From: Candidatus Amesbacteria bacterium
GTDB taxonomy: Bacteria; Patescibacteriota; Microgenomatia; CAZETR01; Amesbacteraceae
Length of the DNA: 64,000 nucleotides
Direction: 5' to 3'
NCBI GenBank assembly: GCA_027371535.1
Contig: DAHXMV010000003.1
Span: forward strand, 8,047 to 72,046
Each line of letters opens with the position of its first letter. Position 1 is the stretch's first letter. This document shows positions 27,568 through 38,410 of this stretch, piece after piece. The notes beneath the pieces are model-generated. The model was not told the DNA's origin and did no database searches. It saw only the letters and a list, made by a program, of their open reading frames with translations. Both the position numbers and the translations under genes were made by a program.

Positions 27568-28045
27568 AAAATTAAAATCGATTTATGAATTGGGATTTAT
27601 GATTTATGAAAAAGACAGAAACGGCAGTTTTCGGAGGGGGTCAACCGACAAACCGGGCTATGAGACAGTCGGCGTGGGGATAACCGGTCATGCCAAAGTA
27701 GTACGGATTGAATTTCAGCCGGAGATAATCAGTTTTAAAACTTTATTAGAGGTATTTTTTGAACTCCATGACTCAACAACTTTAAACCGACAGGGGGCGG
27801 ATGCAGGAACACAATACCGATCGGTAATACTATTTACCAATGACAAACAAAAAACCGAAGCGGAAAAGTATAAAAATAAAATCCCGAATTCAAATACCGA
27901 AATTATAAATTTGGATAAGTTTTATCCGGCTGAAACTTATCATGAAAACTACTATGAAAAAAATTCCGACTATCCATACTGCCAACTGGTGATCTCCCCG
28001 AAACTGAACAAGCTCCGGCAAAAATTCGAAAACCTACTTTCTTAG
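27554..28045 (+). pseudogene. msrA: MsrA-like (peptide-methionine (S)-S-oxide reductase) lacking the catalytic GCFWG region; probably disrupted
   Basis: C-terminal two thirds match MsrA (TGHAKVVRIEF, FFELHDSTTLNRQGADAGTQYRSVI, PAETYHENYYEKN). The canonical N-terminus MKKTETAVFGGG sits in the +1 frame (27606-27683) and stops after 25 codons. About 25 codons spanning the CFWG catalytic Cys appear to be missing. Confidence 0.5.
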
Positions 28046-28272
28046 TTTGTGGCGGCTTTCCAGATCGGTGAAGTAAAAACAGACCAAAAATATTAGGATT
28101 TCTCTTCCGAAGACTACGATGTTCGGATGTGTAAGCCGGTGTTTGTAAATATTCCAGACGAAAAAATTGATCACACTTAAGAGGATGAACACCATACCGG
28201 ATTTGGGAATGAAAAACCAAAAATCAAACATACTTGTAAACGAGGTAACCTGAATGTTACATTGATATGTAG

Positions 28273-28891
28273 CATGGAAGCAAAAAGCGAGTTTGCATCC
28301 CTGTCCGATCTGGCGCTGGCCAAAGGCATAGCCCATTCCGATTTAATTTCGGAAATCCACCAGACCATTCTCCTCTCTTACAGGGAGAGATATCCGGACA
28401 GTCCGGTGGGAGTAGCCGTCTATGTGGATGAATTAACAGGTAATGTGAGAATTTTTTCGGGGGACAGGGATATCACCCCTGAGAATTTTGCAGCCGAGGC
28501 AGCCCAGATGGCAAGACAGCTAATTATTGCCAAACTGGGAGAAGAGGTAAAAAAAGGACCCCAGCCAACCAGACCAGTCATGGTATCAAGCAGGCAGAGG
28601 GGGGTACCTTCGATTCTGGCAAATTTATTCTTCTGGGGTTATAACATCTACTTTTTGTTTTTTATCGGCCTGATGATCTTGTCTTTTGTGTCTAGCGGCT
28701 GGAACCAAATGGGAGATTACCTGAGGAATCTGGGAGCATTCCGGGTGTTGCTGTTTGTAATCATGGCGGCGACACCGGCCGGAGCAGTGTGGTGGTCGAT
28801 CAAAAAGCATTTATACCGAACCCCCCGACCCTTTTACAGCTATTTTTTCTGTTTGAATTGCCGATACTGGGAGTGGCATTTTTACCGCTGA
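28273..28891 (+). CDS. hypothetical membrane protein (soluble N-domain plus 3-4 C-terminal TM)
   Basis: ATG at 28273 (the track's 28262 start is a TTG). No confident motif. Confidence 0.4.
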
Positions 28892-31515
28892 CGGTGAGCA
28901 CTCAAATTACCCCGTTTGTGATGTTACTCATACTCCTAGCCTTAATGTTACCGGGAGTATTTTACCTGTACAAAAACAATGTCAGCATGAACCTGAACTG
29001 GCTAAAGGCGTCCTTATTTATCCATCAGTTTGTTTTTGTGGGCGGGGCTTATCTGGTATTTTTGTTTACCTTTATCGTACCCATAATTTTGGGCGCGGCA
29101 GCCCAAAGCCTGGTAGGAGACCAATTGGCGGCGATTTTTTCTCCGCCGGTGTATAACAATTATTTGTATTCTTACACTCCCGTATCGGGATCCATTGTGC
29201 AGCTGGGTTTCGGGCTGCTGATTTTGTTTCTGATATTCGGAGTCCTGCTCGTGCCCTATCTGTTGCTGACAGTGCTGTGGCGGGCCCTGGACAAAGCCCG
29301 GCGGAAACTGGCGGAAAAGCTGCCGGCTAATGATTTGTTTTCCATGGAAGCGATTTTTGCAGCTTTGATAATAACCGTCTCCCTGATTGCGTCCTACCAG
29401 CCGGCCGGCAATAAAATGCTCGATAAACTGGTACAAATATCCGGGTATACAAATTTTGCAGACAAAGAGAAGGCAGCCGCAGGTCTTAACCCCAATGAAG
29501 AAAAACTCCGACAGGTGATAAGCGACCTGGAGACAGCCAGATACAGGTATTTAATGTCCAAGGATGACACGGCCCTGAAATACAGCTACGGAGAAATTTT
29601 ACATTTCGGTGACGGTCTAAGCGGGGCAATCCAGAGCGTATTTTTAACCGCCGCATATCCGTTAGTCTATCAGGGCAGTTCGGACAGAGACCAGAAAATG
29701 GCAGCTAATTTTTACTACCTGTTCGGATATTATCCGGACAGTTCAAAACAGACAGCCAGCAGCCCGATAATCAAGGAAGCCAGAAACGTGCTGCTGTCTT
29801 ATAAAAATGTGAAAGTGGAGACAGATAAAGACGGGCTGACAGCCAAAGTTACCATAACGGAAGAGTATGAAAACAAAACTTACAGCCAGCAGGAAGTGAG
29901 TTATGAGTTTTCATTGCCCATGGGGGCCGTGATGACGGATCTAAACCTGGGGCCGAACCTGGAATTTCCCGGAGTGATTGCTCCCAAGGGAGCGGCCCAA
30001 AGTACGTATCAAAGGGAGCTTCAAATCGGCCGTGATCCGGCACTTTTGGAAGAAACCGGTCCGCACCAATACCGGCTGAGAATTTTCCCCATTCCGTCAA
30101 AAAGCGATCTGGCCACACTTTCAGGGAGAAACCAGAAAATGAGTTTTTCATATACGACCGAACTGACTCCGCAGGGATTTCCCTTGCCCAACGTAACCAA
30201 AAAAACCAATGTCTATGCCAACGCCGGTACGGAGTATGTGTTGACAATAAACGGCATTAATCTGGCCCTTAGCGGGTCCGATCTGTTTGTAAAAGCAACA
30301 GATAAACCCTTACCAGATTTATGCCAGGGAAATATTATCCCCGCAAATAATAATTTGGTGCTGAACGTAAATTATCCGGAACTTAAGAATTTGGTGTGTG
30401 CCAAACCCGAAGAAATTATCAATAATATTTCCGGAGCCAAAATCGCCATCATTTATGACGTATCGTATGACAATAAATCCCCCGCCCTGGAAGCGCAGCT
30501 GGGGCTATTGGGCAGAAGCAGTACATTCTTAAAAAATAACCAGGTGGATTTGTATAAATACAACGATATGCTAAGTCCCAAAGTCAGCCTAAGCCAGGGG
30601 AATTTTGCCAAAGAAACCAAATTCACATATTTCGGGCACAGCAATGGCCTGAAAGCCCTGGGATACTTTAACGAAAAATATGATCTGGTAATGATATTCC
30701 CCGGGAAAGATGCCCTGGCACAGGAAGATAATCTGCCGTTTGCTTCCCCGACCCAAATTTTTGTAATTCTTCCCCAGGCCGGGTCCATTTCGCTAAAACT
30801 GGAAAGCCGGTTATTGCAGACGCGGGGAGATATTACCAATACCGTAACCGGGGCACTGAAAGAATTCGGACTGCAATATTATGCCTCCAAATCGATTCAA
30901 GACAGCTATGTACTGAATGATTACCTGTCCATATTATTACCCAAACAACCGGAAGGTGCGTTTCCCACACCAGTGGGCCCAGATACTCCCCTGGCAAATC
31001 TGGTGAACCTGGGGTTATACCGGACACAAGCTGCCAATACCCTGACAAATATTTCCGCGGACGTACCGACGATGGATAAATTTAACGCCTTTGCCCAGAC
31101 AGCCGGCATTGCCACGCCATATTCGTCCTTTATAGCCCTGGTGAATTTCAGCCAGCAGATGAGGCTGCAACAGTTGGAGCAGGGATACAACCGATATGAA
31201 GAACAAACACCTGCAGGCTTTACGGGGCCTATCGGAAATCCTATTCAACCGGGAATTCTTTATAACAGAGGGCCAGTTTTTAGTCCTGTGAGTTCATTAT
31301 TCGGAACAGATTTGATGACGGTAAATCTCGGGAGTACCGGAGAATCGGCTGGCAGATCAAAATTCGGGGGAATAAGTAACCCGTACTTAGCAGCAGCCCC
31401 GGCACAGGGATCAATACTGTCCGGCAACAACCTGTTTGTGTGGGTAAATATAGTGCTGTTAGCGGCAGGACTGGGAATATATCTGGTAAGAATGCTCCGG
31501 AAGAAAACAGAATAA
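28789..31515 (+). CDS. large membrane protein: N-terminal polytopic region, extracellular VIT/vWA-like region, C-terminal TM anchor
   Basis: About 200 aa with 5-6 TM at the N-terminus (true start probably near 28918). FSLPMGAVMTDLNLGPNLEFPGVIAPKGAAQSTYQRELQIGRDPALLEE... resembles VIT domains. AIIYDVSYD... resembles a vWA MIDAS start. C-terminal NNLFVWVNIVLLAAGLGIYLVRMLRKKTE anchor. Confidence 0.4.
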   Translation: MVVDQKAFIPNPPTLLQLFFLFELPILGVAFLPLTVSTQITPFVMLLILLALMLPGVFYLYKNNVSMNLNWLKASLFIHQFVFVGGAYLVFLFTFIVPIILGAAAQSLVGDQLAAIFSPPVYNNYLYSYTPVSGSIVQLGFGLLILFLIFGVLLVPYLLLTVLWRALDKARRKLAEKLPANDLFSMEAIFAALIITVSLIASYQPAGNKMLDKLVQISGYTNFADKEKAAAGLNPNEEKLRQVISDLETARYRYLMSKDDTALKYSYGEILHFGDGLSGAIQSVFLTAAYPLVYQGSSDRDQKMAANFYYLFGYYPDSSKQTASSPIIKEARNVLLSYKNVKVETDKDGLTAKVTITEEYENKTYSQQEVSYEFSLPMGAVMTDLNLGPNLEFPGVIAPKGAAQSTYQRELQIGRDPALLEETGPHQYRLRIFPIPSKSDLATLSGRNQKMSFSYTTELTPQGFPLPNVTKKTNVYANAGTEYVLTINGINLALSGSDLFVKATDKPLPDLCQGNIIPANNNLVLNVNYPELKNLVCAKPEEIINNISGAKIAIIYDVSYDNKSPALEAQLGLLGRSSTFLKNNQVDLYKYNDMLSPKVSLSQGNFAKETKFTYFGHSNGLKALGYFNEKYDLVMIFPGKDALAQEDNLPFASPTQIFVILPQAGSISLKLESRLLQTRGDITNTVTGALKEFGLQYYASKSIQDSYVLNDYLSILLPKQPEGAFPTPVGPDTPLANLVNLGLYRTQAANTLTNISADVPTMDKFNAFAQTAGIATPYSSFIALVNFSQQMRLQQLEQGYNRYEEQTPAGFTGPIGNPIQPGILYNRGPVFSPVSSLFGTDLMTVNLGSTGESAGRSKFGGISNPYLAAAPAQGSILSGNNLFVWVNIVLLAAGLGIYLVRMLRKKTE

Positions 31516-31641
31516 CTAAGTGGGTAAAAACCATCAGCATCTTTACCGGAAAAGAAATGACAGGTGAGATCCGGCCCGATCCGGAGGGTAACCAAATGTG
31601 AACTAAAAACACATTCCGTTGAAGATAAAATACCCGAAAGC

Positions 31642-32160
31642 TTAATTTTTTAACTGATACACTTCGGGGAGGGCCAGGGATAAAATTATCAATATACCCC
31701 CAAGTAAAGTGGTGAGATTCAGAGATTCGTGAAAAAGCAAAATACCAAATAAGGTTCCGAAAATAATTTCCGACAAGAGAATCAAACTGCCTTTGTGAGC
31801 AGAGATAAATTTGAAACCATATACAGTCAGGCCGGAACCTATAAAACCGGCAATCCCGTAACCAAAATTGGCCAGCCAGGGGGCGGAGGAAAAATTAATA
31901 TTCAGAGGTTCTTTTAAAGAAAATGCGATTAAATAATTGACGATAACCGCGGCCACATACCCCAGGGTATTTAATTCCACCGAAGGATATTTGGAAGTGA
32001 TCTTTTTACTGAACGAAAACCAGATACTGAAAAAGGAACCGGAAATGACGGCTGTAAATATCGGCAACGGTTTTTGGAAAAAATCCCATATGTGGCGTAA
32101 AAGAAGGCCGAAAAAAGCAGAATTATAAATCCCGTTGTGTCGTGGGTTTTCATAAGACAC
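31642..32160 (-). CDS. EamA-like (DMT half-size) membrane protein
   Basis: 4-5 TM. C-terminal ...ESLNLTTLLGGILIILS... is typical of the end of an EamA domain. Confidence 0.4.
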   Translation of the reverse strand: MSYENPRHNGIYNSAFFGLLLRHIWDFFQKPLPIFTAVISGSFFSIWFSFSKKITSKYPSVELNTLGYVAAVIVNYLIAFSLKEPLNINFSSAPWLANFGYGIAGFIGSGLTVYGFKFISAHKGSLILLSEIIFGTLFGILLFHESLNLTTLLGGILIILSLALPEVYQLKN

Positions 32161-32167
32161 TCAGACT

Positions 32168-32785
32168 TTATGAAAAAGTTACCCGTTTGTAGAGGGCGCG
32201 GGTGACTTCGACGTCTTTGACACAATAGTCACAGATTTCTTTGAGGCGGCCGTCACGGTAAGCCTGGGCCACATTCCGGCCTTCGATTTCCCCGCCTTTT
32301 GAAGACGGGATACCCATAGCCCTGGCCAGGGTATCCAGGGAAACCCGGGAGTTACTCCATTTGGACCACTCCCACATAATGTCGTAAATAGGGTCGTTCC
32401 TATAACGGGCAAAATTCAACTGGCGGCTGGGTTTAACGCCCAAAATGACGGACCGCTGATATATGAATTTGAGATCAAAATCGATGACATTAAAACCCAC
32501 AAATAAATCGACTTTTTCGGCGACCTTCCAGAATTCAACTAAAATCCGGCTTTCGTCACCGTATAAAGGGACGACGGGCTCGTCGTCTATGGCATAACAC
32601 AGGCAGCAGATCCGGCCAAAGGAACCGTCCAAGCCGGTGGATTCCAGATATTCTTCGAAAGTTTCCGGGGGTTTGGTGGCGGTGCTCTTGTGGTTTTTAA
32701 GCCTGCGGGCGTGAATTTCCTTTAAAATCTCATACTTGGACTCGTCAGCGGGAATAGTTTCAATATCCAGAAAAAGCTTTCTCAT
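32168..32785 (-). CDS. predicted 3'-5' exonuclease related to the PolB exonuclease domain (RNase H-like, DEDD-type), paralog 1
   Basis: Exo I LFLDIETIP (DxE), Exo II GFNVIDFDLKF, Exo III YCVKDVEVT (YxxxD). Confidence 0.65.
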   Translation of the reverse strand: MRKLFLDIETIPADESKYEILKEIHARRLKNHKSTATKPPETFEEYLESTGLDGSFGRICCLCYAIDDEPVVPLYGDESRILVEFWKVAEKVDLFVGFNVIDFDLKFIYQRSVILGVKPSRQLNFARYRNDPIYDIMWEWSKWSNSRVSLDTLARAMGIPSSKGGEIEGRNVAQAYRDGRLKEICDYCVKDVEVTRALYKRVTFS

Positions 32786-32795
32786 GACCTGTTGA

Positions 32796-35192
32796 TTATA
32801 CTGCAGATGGTGAGAGGGCGCGCTTTAGGAGATATTTTTTGCCCAACTCAACCAAGCCCAGATAAGTCAGGGTCATGACCAAAAGCAGGAGAAAGTAAAC
32901 CGGCGGCAATCTGGAAAATTCAAAGAAATGTGACAGGGGGGAATACGGGAGCAGTATGCCAAACAGGACGGCTCCCAGACAGGTAGCCGTGAGGGCAAAA
33001 CTGGGGCGGCTTCTGAAAAATGGAATGCGGTTGGTGCGGATCATAAACACCACCAGGATTTCCGTGGTTAATGATTCCACAAACCAGCCCGTCTGAAAGA
33101 GGCTGCCTCTGGCCCGGAAAATAAAATACATCATGCCGAAAGTCAGGAAATCGTAAATTGAGCTGATAGGGCCGAAAAACAACATATACCGCTTAATGAC
33201 CCCTATATCCCATTTTTTGGGGCGATGTAATTCTTCTTCATCGACATTGTCAGTGGGAATACTCAGCTGGGAAATATCGTATAACGAATTGGTGAGCAAA
33301 ACCTGGGCCGGCAGCATGGGTAAAAACTTCAGCAGAAATGAGGCCCCGGCCATGGAAAACATGTTGCCGAAATTTGAACTGGTACCCATCAAAATGTATT
33401 TGATGGTATTGACAAATGTGCGGCGGCCCTCGCCGACCCCGTCGATAATGACGTTTAAACTTTTCCGCATTAAGACAATTGAGGCGGTATCTTTGGCCAC
33501 ATCGACAGCCGTATCAACAGAGATGCCGGCGTCAGCCTCATGAAGAGCCGGAGCGTCATTAATACCGTCGCCAATATATCCGACGGTGTGATTACCATGT
33601 TTTAAAGCCCTGATAATACGCAGTTTTTTATCCGGTGTCATCCTGGCAAAGACGTCCGTCTGCCAGACTTTTTGGATCAATTCGGAATCCGTCATCCGGG
33701 ATACTTCCGGGCCGGTAAGAACAACGTCGCATTTCATGCCGATTTCCGAGCAGACCTTTTTAGTCACAAATTCATTGTCGCCGGTAACGATTTTCAATTG
33801 GACTCCCAGCCTGGCAAAGTGCTCCAGGGCCGTTTTGACGCCATGTTTGGGCGGGTCTGAAAAAAGTACGAAGCCTTCGAGTTTTAAGTGGTGTGCGTCG
33901 CTGTAGGTGTAACGTTCGGTGGATGAGACCTGCTTGGTACCGATGGCAATTACCCGGTATCCGTCGGAGTACCATTTTTCCACCTGATGATGCATAGAGG
34001 CCAAATCCTCTTTAGTGCCGCTGGAAGCGTCGATAACTACATCGGGAGCGCCTTTATAAATGTAGGTCCGCCGACCGGCGGTTTCGATAACCGTAAACAT
34101 GGCCCGGTGTTCATAATCAAAAGGCATCTCCAGAATTTTGGTGAAATTTTCAGGTAATTTGGAGCGCTCATCTACGGCATGCTGCCAGATGGCGGAATCT
34201 ATAGCGTCGCCGAATATTTTGTGGTGGATAATGGCGGAATTGCAAATTAAAGCCAGTTCCAAAACCCGGGCGTCATCCTTACCTTCCGGATTTTGGTGCG
34301 AAACCAACTGGAGTTTACCCTCCGTCAGGGTGCCGGTTTTATCGCAGCAAAAAACTTCCATATTTCCCAGGTCTTCAATCGCCACCAACTCCTTGACGAT
34401 AATGTCTTTTTTGGCCAGACGCCTGGCTCCATGGGATAGGCTGACAGTAACCACAACGGGCAATAATTCGGGAGTCAGACCGATGGCCACGGACAGGGCG
34501 AAAAGGGCCGAATCCAGCCAGGAACGGCCAAGCAGGCCATTAAAAACGAAAATTATCAGGGACATGATGGAAATGACCCAGACGATCAGGACCCCGAAGG
34601 ATTTCAGGCCTTTCTGGAATTCCGTCTCCGGCCGGATTGCGGCGACACTGGCTGAAAGTTCTCCGAATTTAGTATCGGTGCCGATGGCCGTTACCAATCC
34701 CCGACCCTCACCGGAAATTACGGTCGTGCCCATAAAACAAAGATTATTTTCATGGCTTTTGTGAACCGGTGCAGATTCGCCGGACATGACAGATTCGTTA
34801 ATTTCCAGGCTTTTTTCTTCAACCAGTTTCAAGTCCGCCGGAACGACCGCACCGGGATATAACAGCACCTGATCCCCCACCCGGATATCCCTGACGGGCA
34901 GACTTTGCTTGACGCCGTCACGGATGACTGTAGCCGTAAAAGATATTCTTTTCAACAGATCTTCCATGGTTTTTTCCGCCCGGAACTCGTTCCAAAAACC
35001 CAAAAAAACCGACAGAAGCATCATGCAGGTGACTACCAGCGCAGAAAACCGGGACCCGAAGGCGAAGGAAACGGTAGTAGTAATGAGTAAAATATACAGC
35101 AGGGGGTTTTTCAGCTGGCGGGCAAAGACTTTCCAGGCAGAAACGTGACTTAAACTCAATTCATTTGCGGTGGCGGCGGGTTTTTTAGTCAC
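32796..35192 (-). CDS. cation-transporting P-type ATPase (P2/P3-type, Mg2+/Ca2+-like), paralog 1
   Basis: DKTGTLT phosphorylation site, M4 PELLPVVVT, TGDN, GDGINDAPALHEADAG hinge. 798 aa with 10 TM. Confidence 0.9.
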   Translation of the reverse strand: MTKKPAATANELSLSHVSAWKVFARQLKNPLLYILLITTTVSFAFGSRFSALVVTCMMLLSVFLGFWNEFRAEKTMEDLLKRISFTATVIRDGVKQSLPVRDIRVGDQVLLYPGAVVPADLKLVEEKSLEINESVMSGESAPVHKSHENNLCFMGTTVISGEGRGLVTAIGTDTKFGELSASVAAIRPETEFQKGLKSFGVLIVWVISIMSLIIFVFNGLLGRSWLDSALFALSVAIGLTPELLPVVVTVSLSHGARRLAKKDIIVKELVAIEDLGNMEVFCCDKTGTLTEGKLQLVSHQNPEGKDDARVLELALICNSAIIHHKIFGDAIDSAIWQHAVDERSKLPENFTKILEMPFDYEHRAMFTVIETAGRRTYIYKGAPDVVIDASSGTKEDLASMHHQVEKWYSDGYRVIAIGTKQVSSTERYTYSDAHHLKLEGFVLFSDPPKHGVKTALEHFARLGVQLKIVTGDNEFVTKKVCSEIGMKCDVVLTGPEVSRMTDSELIQKVWQTDVFARMTPDKKLRIIRALKHGNHTVGYIGDGINDAPALHEADAGISVDTAVDVAKDTASIVLMRKSLNVIIDGVGEGRRTFVNTIKYILMGTSSNFGNMFSMAGASFLLKFLPMLPAQVLLTNSLYDISQLSIPTDNVDEEELHRPKKWDIGVIKRYMLFFGPISSIYDFLTFGMMYFIFRARGSLFQTGWFVESLTTEILVVFMIRTNRIPFFRSRPSFALTATCLGAVLFGILLPYSPLSHFFEFSRLPPVYFLLLLVMTLTYLGLVELGKKYLLKRALSPSAV

Positions 35193-35201
35193 AGATTAAT
35201 T

Positions 35202-37610
35202 CTACACGAATTCCCGTATCACATACCGGTAATAAATTACTTTGGCAAAATCAGCTATAAACAGATAAAGCAGTGTAAACAGAAAAATCGGGGTCATAGA
35301 GGCAAAACCAATCGAAGACAGGGAAAATACCCTGCGGGTAAGTTCCAGCGCCGGGAGACCAGTAGAAACTAAAAAAGTAAAAATTGCGGCTACGATCAGG
35401 CTGACAGAGGGCGGGGCCGTCTGCCAGAAAAAATCCCTGTTTCTGATATAAAAAACCACTATGAGCTGGGTGAACAATAAAAAAAGAAAAAACTCCGTCC
35501 TGCCTGAATGAAAGTTGTAATATAACAGCTGATAAACAGAAGTGAGAAATCCCGTCACCAAAGTAAAGATGAGCAGTTTTTTAACCTGATAAATTCCGGG
35601 CCGGAGCAACTCTTTGGAATCAACATGATCCCCGGATATGGTAATTAAAGGAATCTGACTGAAAGAACTGATTAAGAGAACCTGGGAAGAATTGAGAGGA
35701 AGACCAGGCAATCTGAGATACAACCAGGCCAGGGTAAAAAAGAAGGAAAAGTTTCCGATCATGGTAAACCTGAGATATTTATTGATATTGGCAAATATTG
35801 TCCGGCCGGATTTAATTCCGGAAATGATGACTTCCAGATCGCGTTTTAAAAGAACCACATCCGCATTTTCCTTGGCAATATCGGTGGCGGTATCCACGGC
35901 AATGGCGACATCGGCGGCCTTCAAAGCCGGAGCATCATTGATGCCGTCCCCCTGATAAGCCACAACCTGGTCTTTCTTAAATAATTTCACCAGGGTGTGC
36001 TTATCTTCCGGTGTCAGTTCTGCAAAAACATGGGTTGCAGGCAGCAGTTTTTGCAGCTGATTTTCCGTCATAGTTCGCATCCGGCCACCGGTGATTATCG
36101 AATCACCATCACTGATTAAGCCGATCTGGCGGCCGACAAAGGCAGCGGTTTCCCGGGTATCCCCGGTGAGGATTTTTATCGAAATACCCAAATCTTTTGC
36201 CATTCTGACAGTCATTTTGGTTCCCGGACGTAAGGGATCGGTAAGTCTGAGAATTCCGGCCAATTTTGAATGGTGACGAAGCGCAAAAACATCCATCCCC
36301 GGATGATAATCTATTTCGGAATAAGCAACCGCCTGATGACGAAAACCGCGGTTTGACTCCCGGGCAATGGTTTCCAACAGGAGTTTATTTTCTTTTGCCC
36401 CACTGTCAGAAAGAATAGCCTGGGCAGAACCAATTTCAACTGATAAATATTTCAGGGTATTAATATTTTGCAGGATGACCCATTTTCTTCTGGCCACTGA
36501 ATCATACGGCAATTCCTGAATTTTTTTGTAAACAGCTGCCCGGGATTTCAGAGCAGGAGAAATATATTTTTCCATGGCCAGATCGTAAGCATCGGTATAT
36601 TTGTGATGTTTTTTGTCAGGGTCATCAATTGAAGCATATACCAGAATCTGAGCAATTTCGGGATCACCTGCAACTATACCATCAATAATAATGTGATTTT
36701 CAGTCAGAGTTCCGGTTTTGTCGGTGCACAGCAGGGTGACATTCCCAAAATCTTCGAGGGCAGAAAGTTTTTTTATCAGAACGTGTTTTTTTGACAAACG
36801 GTCGGCCCCGGCGGATAAAGCTATTGTGACGATTACCGGCAAGACCTCGGGAATAATACCGATGGTTAAAGCGAACATGAATATTAAATTTTGGGTGAGG
36901 GTAACCGGACTATGGAGGATAAAAGTTTTAATCAGAAATAAAGAAACAATACAAGTCAGGGCGATTTTTAAAAGCAGGCCGGAGAAGTCGTTCAAAGACT
37001 GACCAAACGGGGTGACTTTTTCGGTTTGAGTTGTAAGTAAAGCAATTTTTCCCAATCCGGCGGAGTTGCCCGTGGCCTGAACCAGGGCCCGGGCTTCACC
37101 TTTTTCCACCACACTGCCGGAGTAGACCGGGTCGGTGATTTGTTTGTGAACAGGCTGAGACTCACCCGTCAACGGGGATTCATTTACCAACAAATCCGTA
37201 GATGTGAGAATCCGGGCGTCGGCAGGGATGATATCACCGGTTTTAACGAGGATAACGTCACCGGGAACCAAATCCCCGGTGTTGAGGATGACATGTTTAT
37301 TATCCCTGATAACAATGATGTGTCTGTCGATAAAACGGGACAATTTATCGAGGGTGGTTTCGGAACGGTATTCCCGGACAAAACCCAATAAGGTGTTGAA
37401 GACCAGAATGACCGAAATAACCAGACCATCAGTAATATCGGCCGTTATAAATGCAGCCAAAGCGGCAACCATTAACAGATAAACAATGGAGTTATTAAAC
37501 TGTCGCAGAAAAACGTCCAAGGCAGTAGTTTTACGGCCGGAATAAGTATTCGGGCCAAATTTAAGACGAAGCCCGGCAGCTTCGGCTGTGGTCAAACCGG
37601 GGTGTTCCAT
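35202..37610 (-). CDS. cation-transporting P-type ATPase (P2/P3-type), paralog 2
   Basis: DKTGTLTEN, PEVLPVIVT, TGDT, GDGINDAPALKAADVAIAV. 802 aa. Confidence 0.9.
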   Translation of the reverse strand: MEHPGLTTAEAAGLRLKFGPNTYSGRKTTALDVFLRQFNNSIVYLLMVAALAAFITADITDGLVISVILVFNTLLGFVREYRSETTLDKLSRFIDRHIIVIRDNKHVILNTGDLVPGDVILVKTGDIIPADARILTSTDLLVNESPLTGESQPVHKQITDPVYSGSVVEKGEARALVQATGNSAGLGKIALLTTQTEKVTPFGQSLNDFSGLLLKIALTCIVSLFLIKTFILHSPVTLTQNLIFMFALTIGIIPEVLPVIVTIALSAGADRLSKKHVLIKKLSALEDFGNVTLLCTDKTGTLTENHIIIDGIVAGDPEIAQILVYASIDDPDKKHHKYTDAYDLAMEKYISPALKSRAAVYKKIQELPYDSVARRKWVILQNINTLKYLSVEIGSAQAILSDSGAKENKLLLETIARESNRGFRHQAVAYSEIDYHPGMDVFALRHHSKLAGILRLTDPLRPGTKMTVRMAKDLGISIKILTGDTRETAAFVGRQIGLISDGDSIITGGRMRTMTENQLQKLLPATHVFAELTPEDKHTLVKLFKKDQVVAYQGDGINDAPALKAADVAIAVDTATDIAKENADVVLLKRDLEVIISGIKSGRTIFANINKYLRFTMIGNFSFFFTLAWLYLRLPGLPLNSSQVLLISSFSQIPLITISGDHVDSKELLRPGIYQVKKLLIFTLVTGFLTSVYQLLYYNFHSGRTEFFLFLLFTQLIVVFYIRNRDFFWQTAPPSVSLIVAAIFTFLVSTGLPALELTRRVFSLSSIGFASMTPIFLFTLLYLFIADFAKVIYYRYVIREFV

Positions 37611-37634
37611 ACCTTATATATAATGTACCTTTTC

Positions 37635-38410
37635 TCAGACTTTTTCGATGCGGAAGGATTTCATTAAGGAAAGAAGTTCAGTTTTTATTTTTGGCAAAGT
37701 CTTCGAAGTTCCATTACCATATAAAATGGCATTTATTAGAGGAGAAATATTAACAATAATAAAATAGCCAGAGATATATATTTTTTCATAATTTGATATG
37801 GAATCTGTCTCTTTCCAATTCGGTAACAGTTCATTTCCTGATAATGAAAGGCTGCTTTTAGAAAATTTCATGATATTGGCCATTCCGGACATGAGGAGTT
37901 TTAACGGCCAACCCGATACTGACGAACTAATATCAGAATGCGTCCAGGCAGCGGCTTGAATTATTTCGGCCGGATAACCACAAACTTTAATTCGTGCTAT
38001 CTGACGTATGCTTTTTAAGTCGGGGACTAGCAACGGTTGCGGGTCTCCAAAAACGGTTAGCCAATTTTTTTGGTCAGCTTCTCCCAAACGATAGTGTTCC
38101 GGGACAGACCAATCTTTAGCCATAGGGAATTTAACAATATAGCCTCCCAACCAAGACTGGTAATAATTTGATTTTGGCAGATATCTTGTAGAGACACCAT
38201 TATTTATCGACCCGATGGTAAAGTAATTCACACCATTAGCATAAGGCCATATTTTTTCCAGATCGGTGACATATCAAAAATCATGCAACCATCAATCCAA
38301 TGTCCAGGGAAATTTGGAAAAACTAATTTGTAGCCAACTCTTTTTTCCTGTAATTTAACAAACTGATAGTATAAATAAGAAGGCAGAAAAGCTAATAAAT
38401 CGTTTAACAC
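37635..38410 (-). pseudogene. hypothetical protein split into two ORFs (38228..38410 and 37635..38231) by an apparent -1 frameshift
   Basis: The upstream ORF ends ...YGLMLMV-stop. The downstream ORF begins at an overlapping GTG (ATGGTGTGA). Reading through with one base removed gives a continuous protein of about 258 aa. The region is AT-rich. Confidence 0.35.

Noticed and set aside
27903-28368. Minus-strand ORFs 27903..28220, 28034..28336 and 28177..28368
   Set aside because: They overlap msrA or lie in the promoter region of the next gene. No motifs, start context or codon-usage support.
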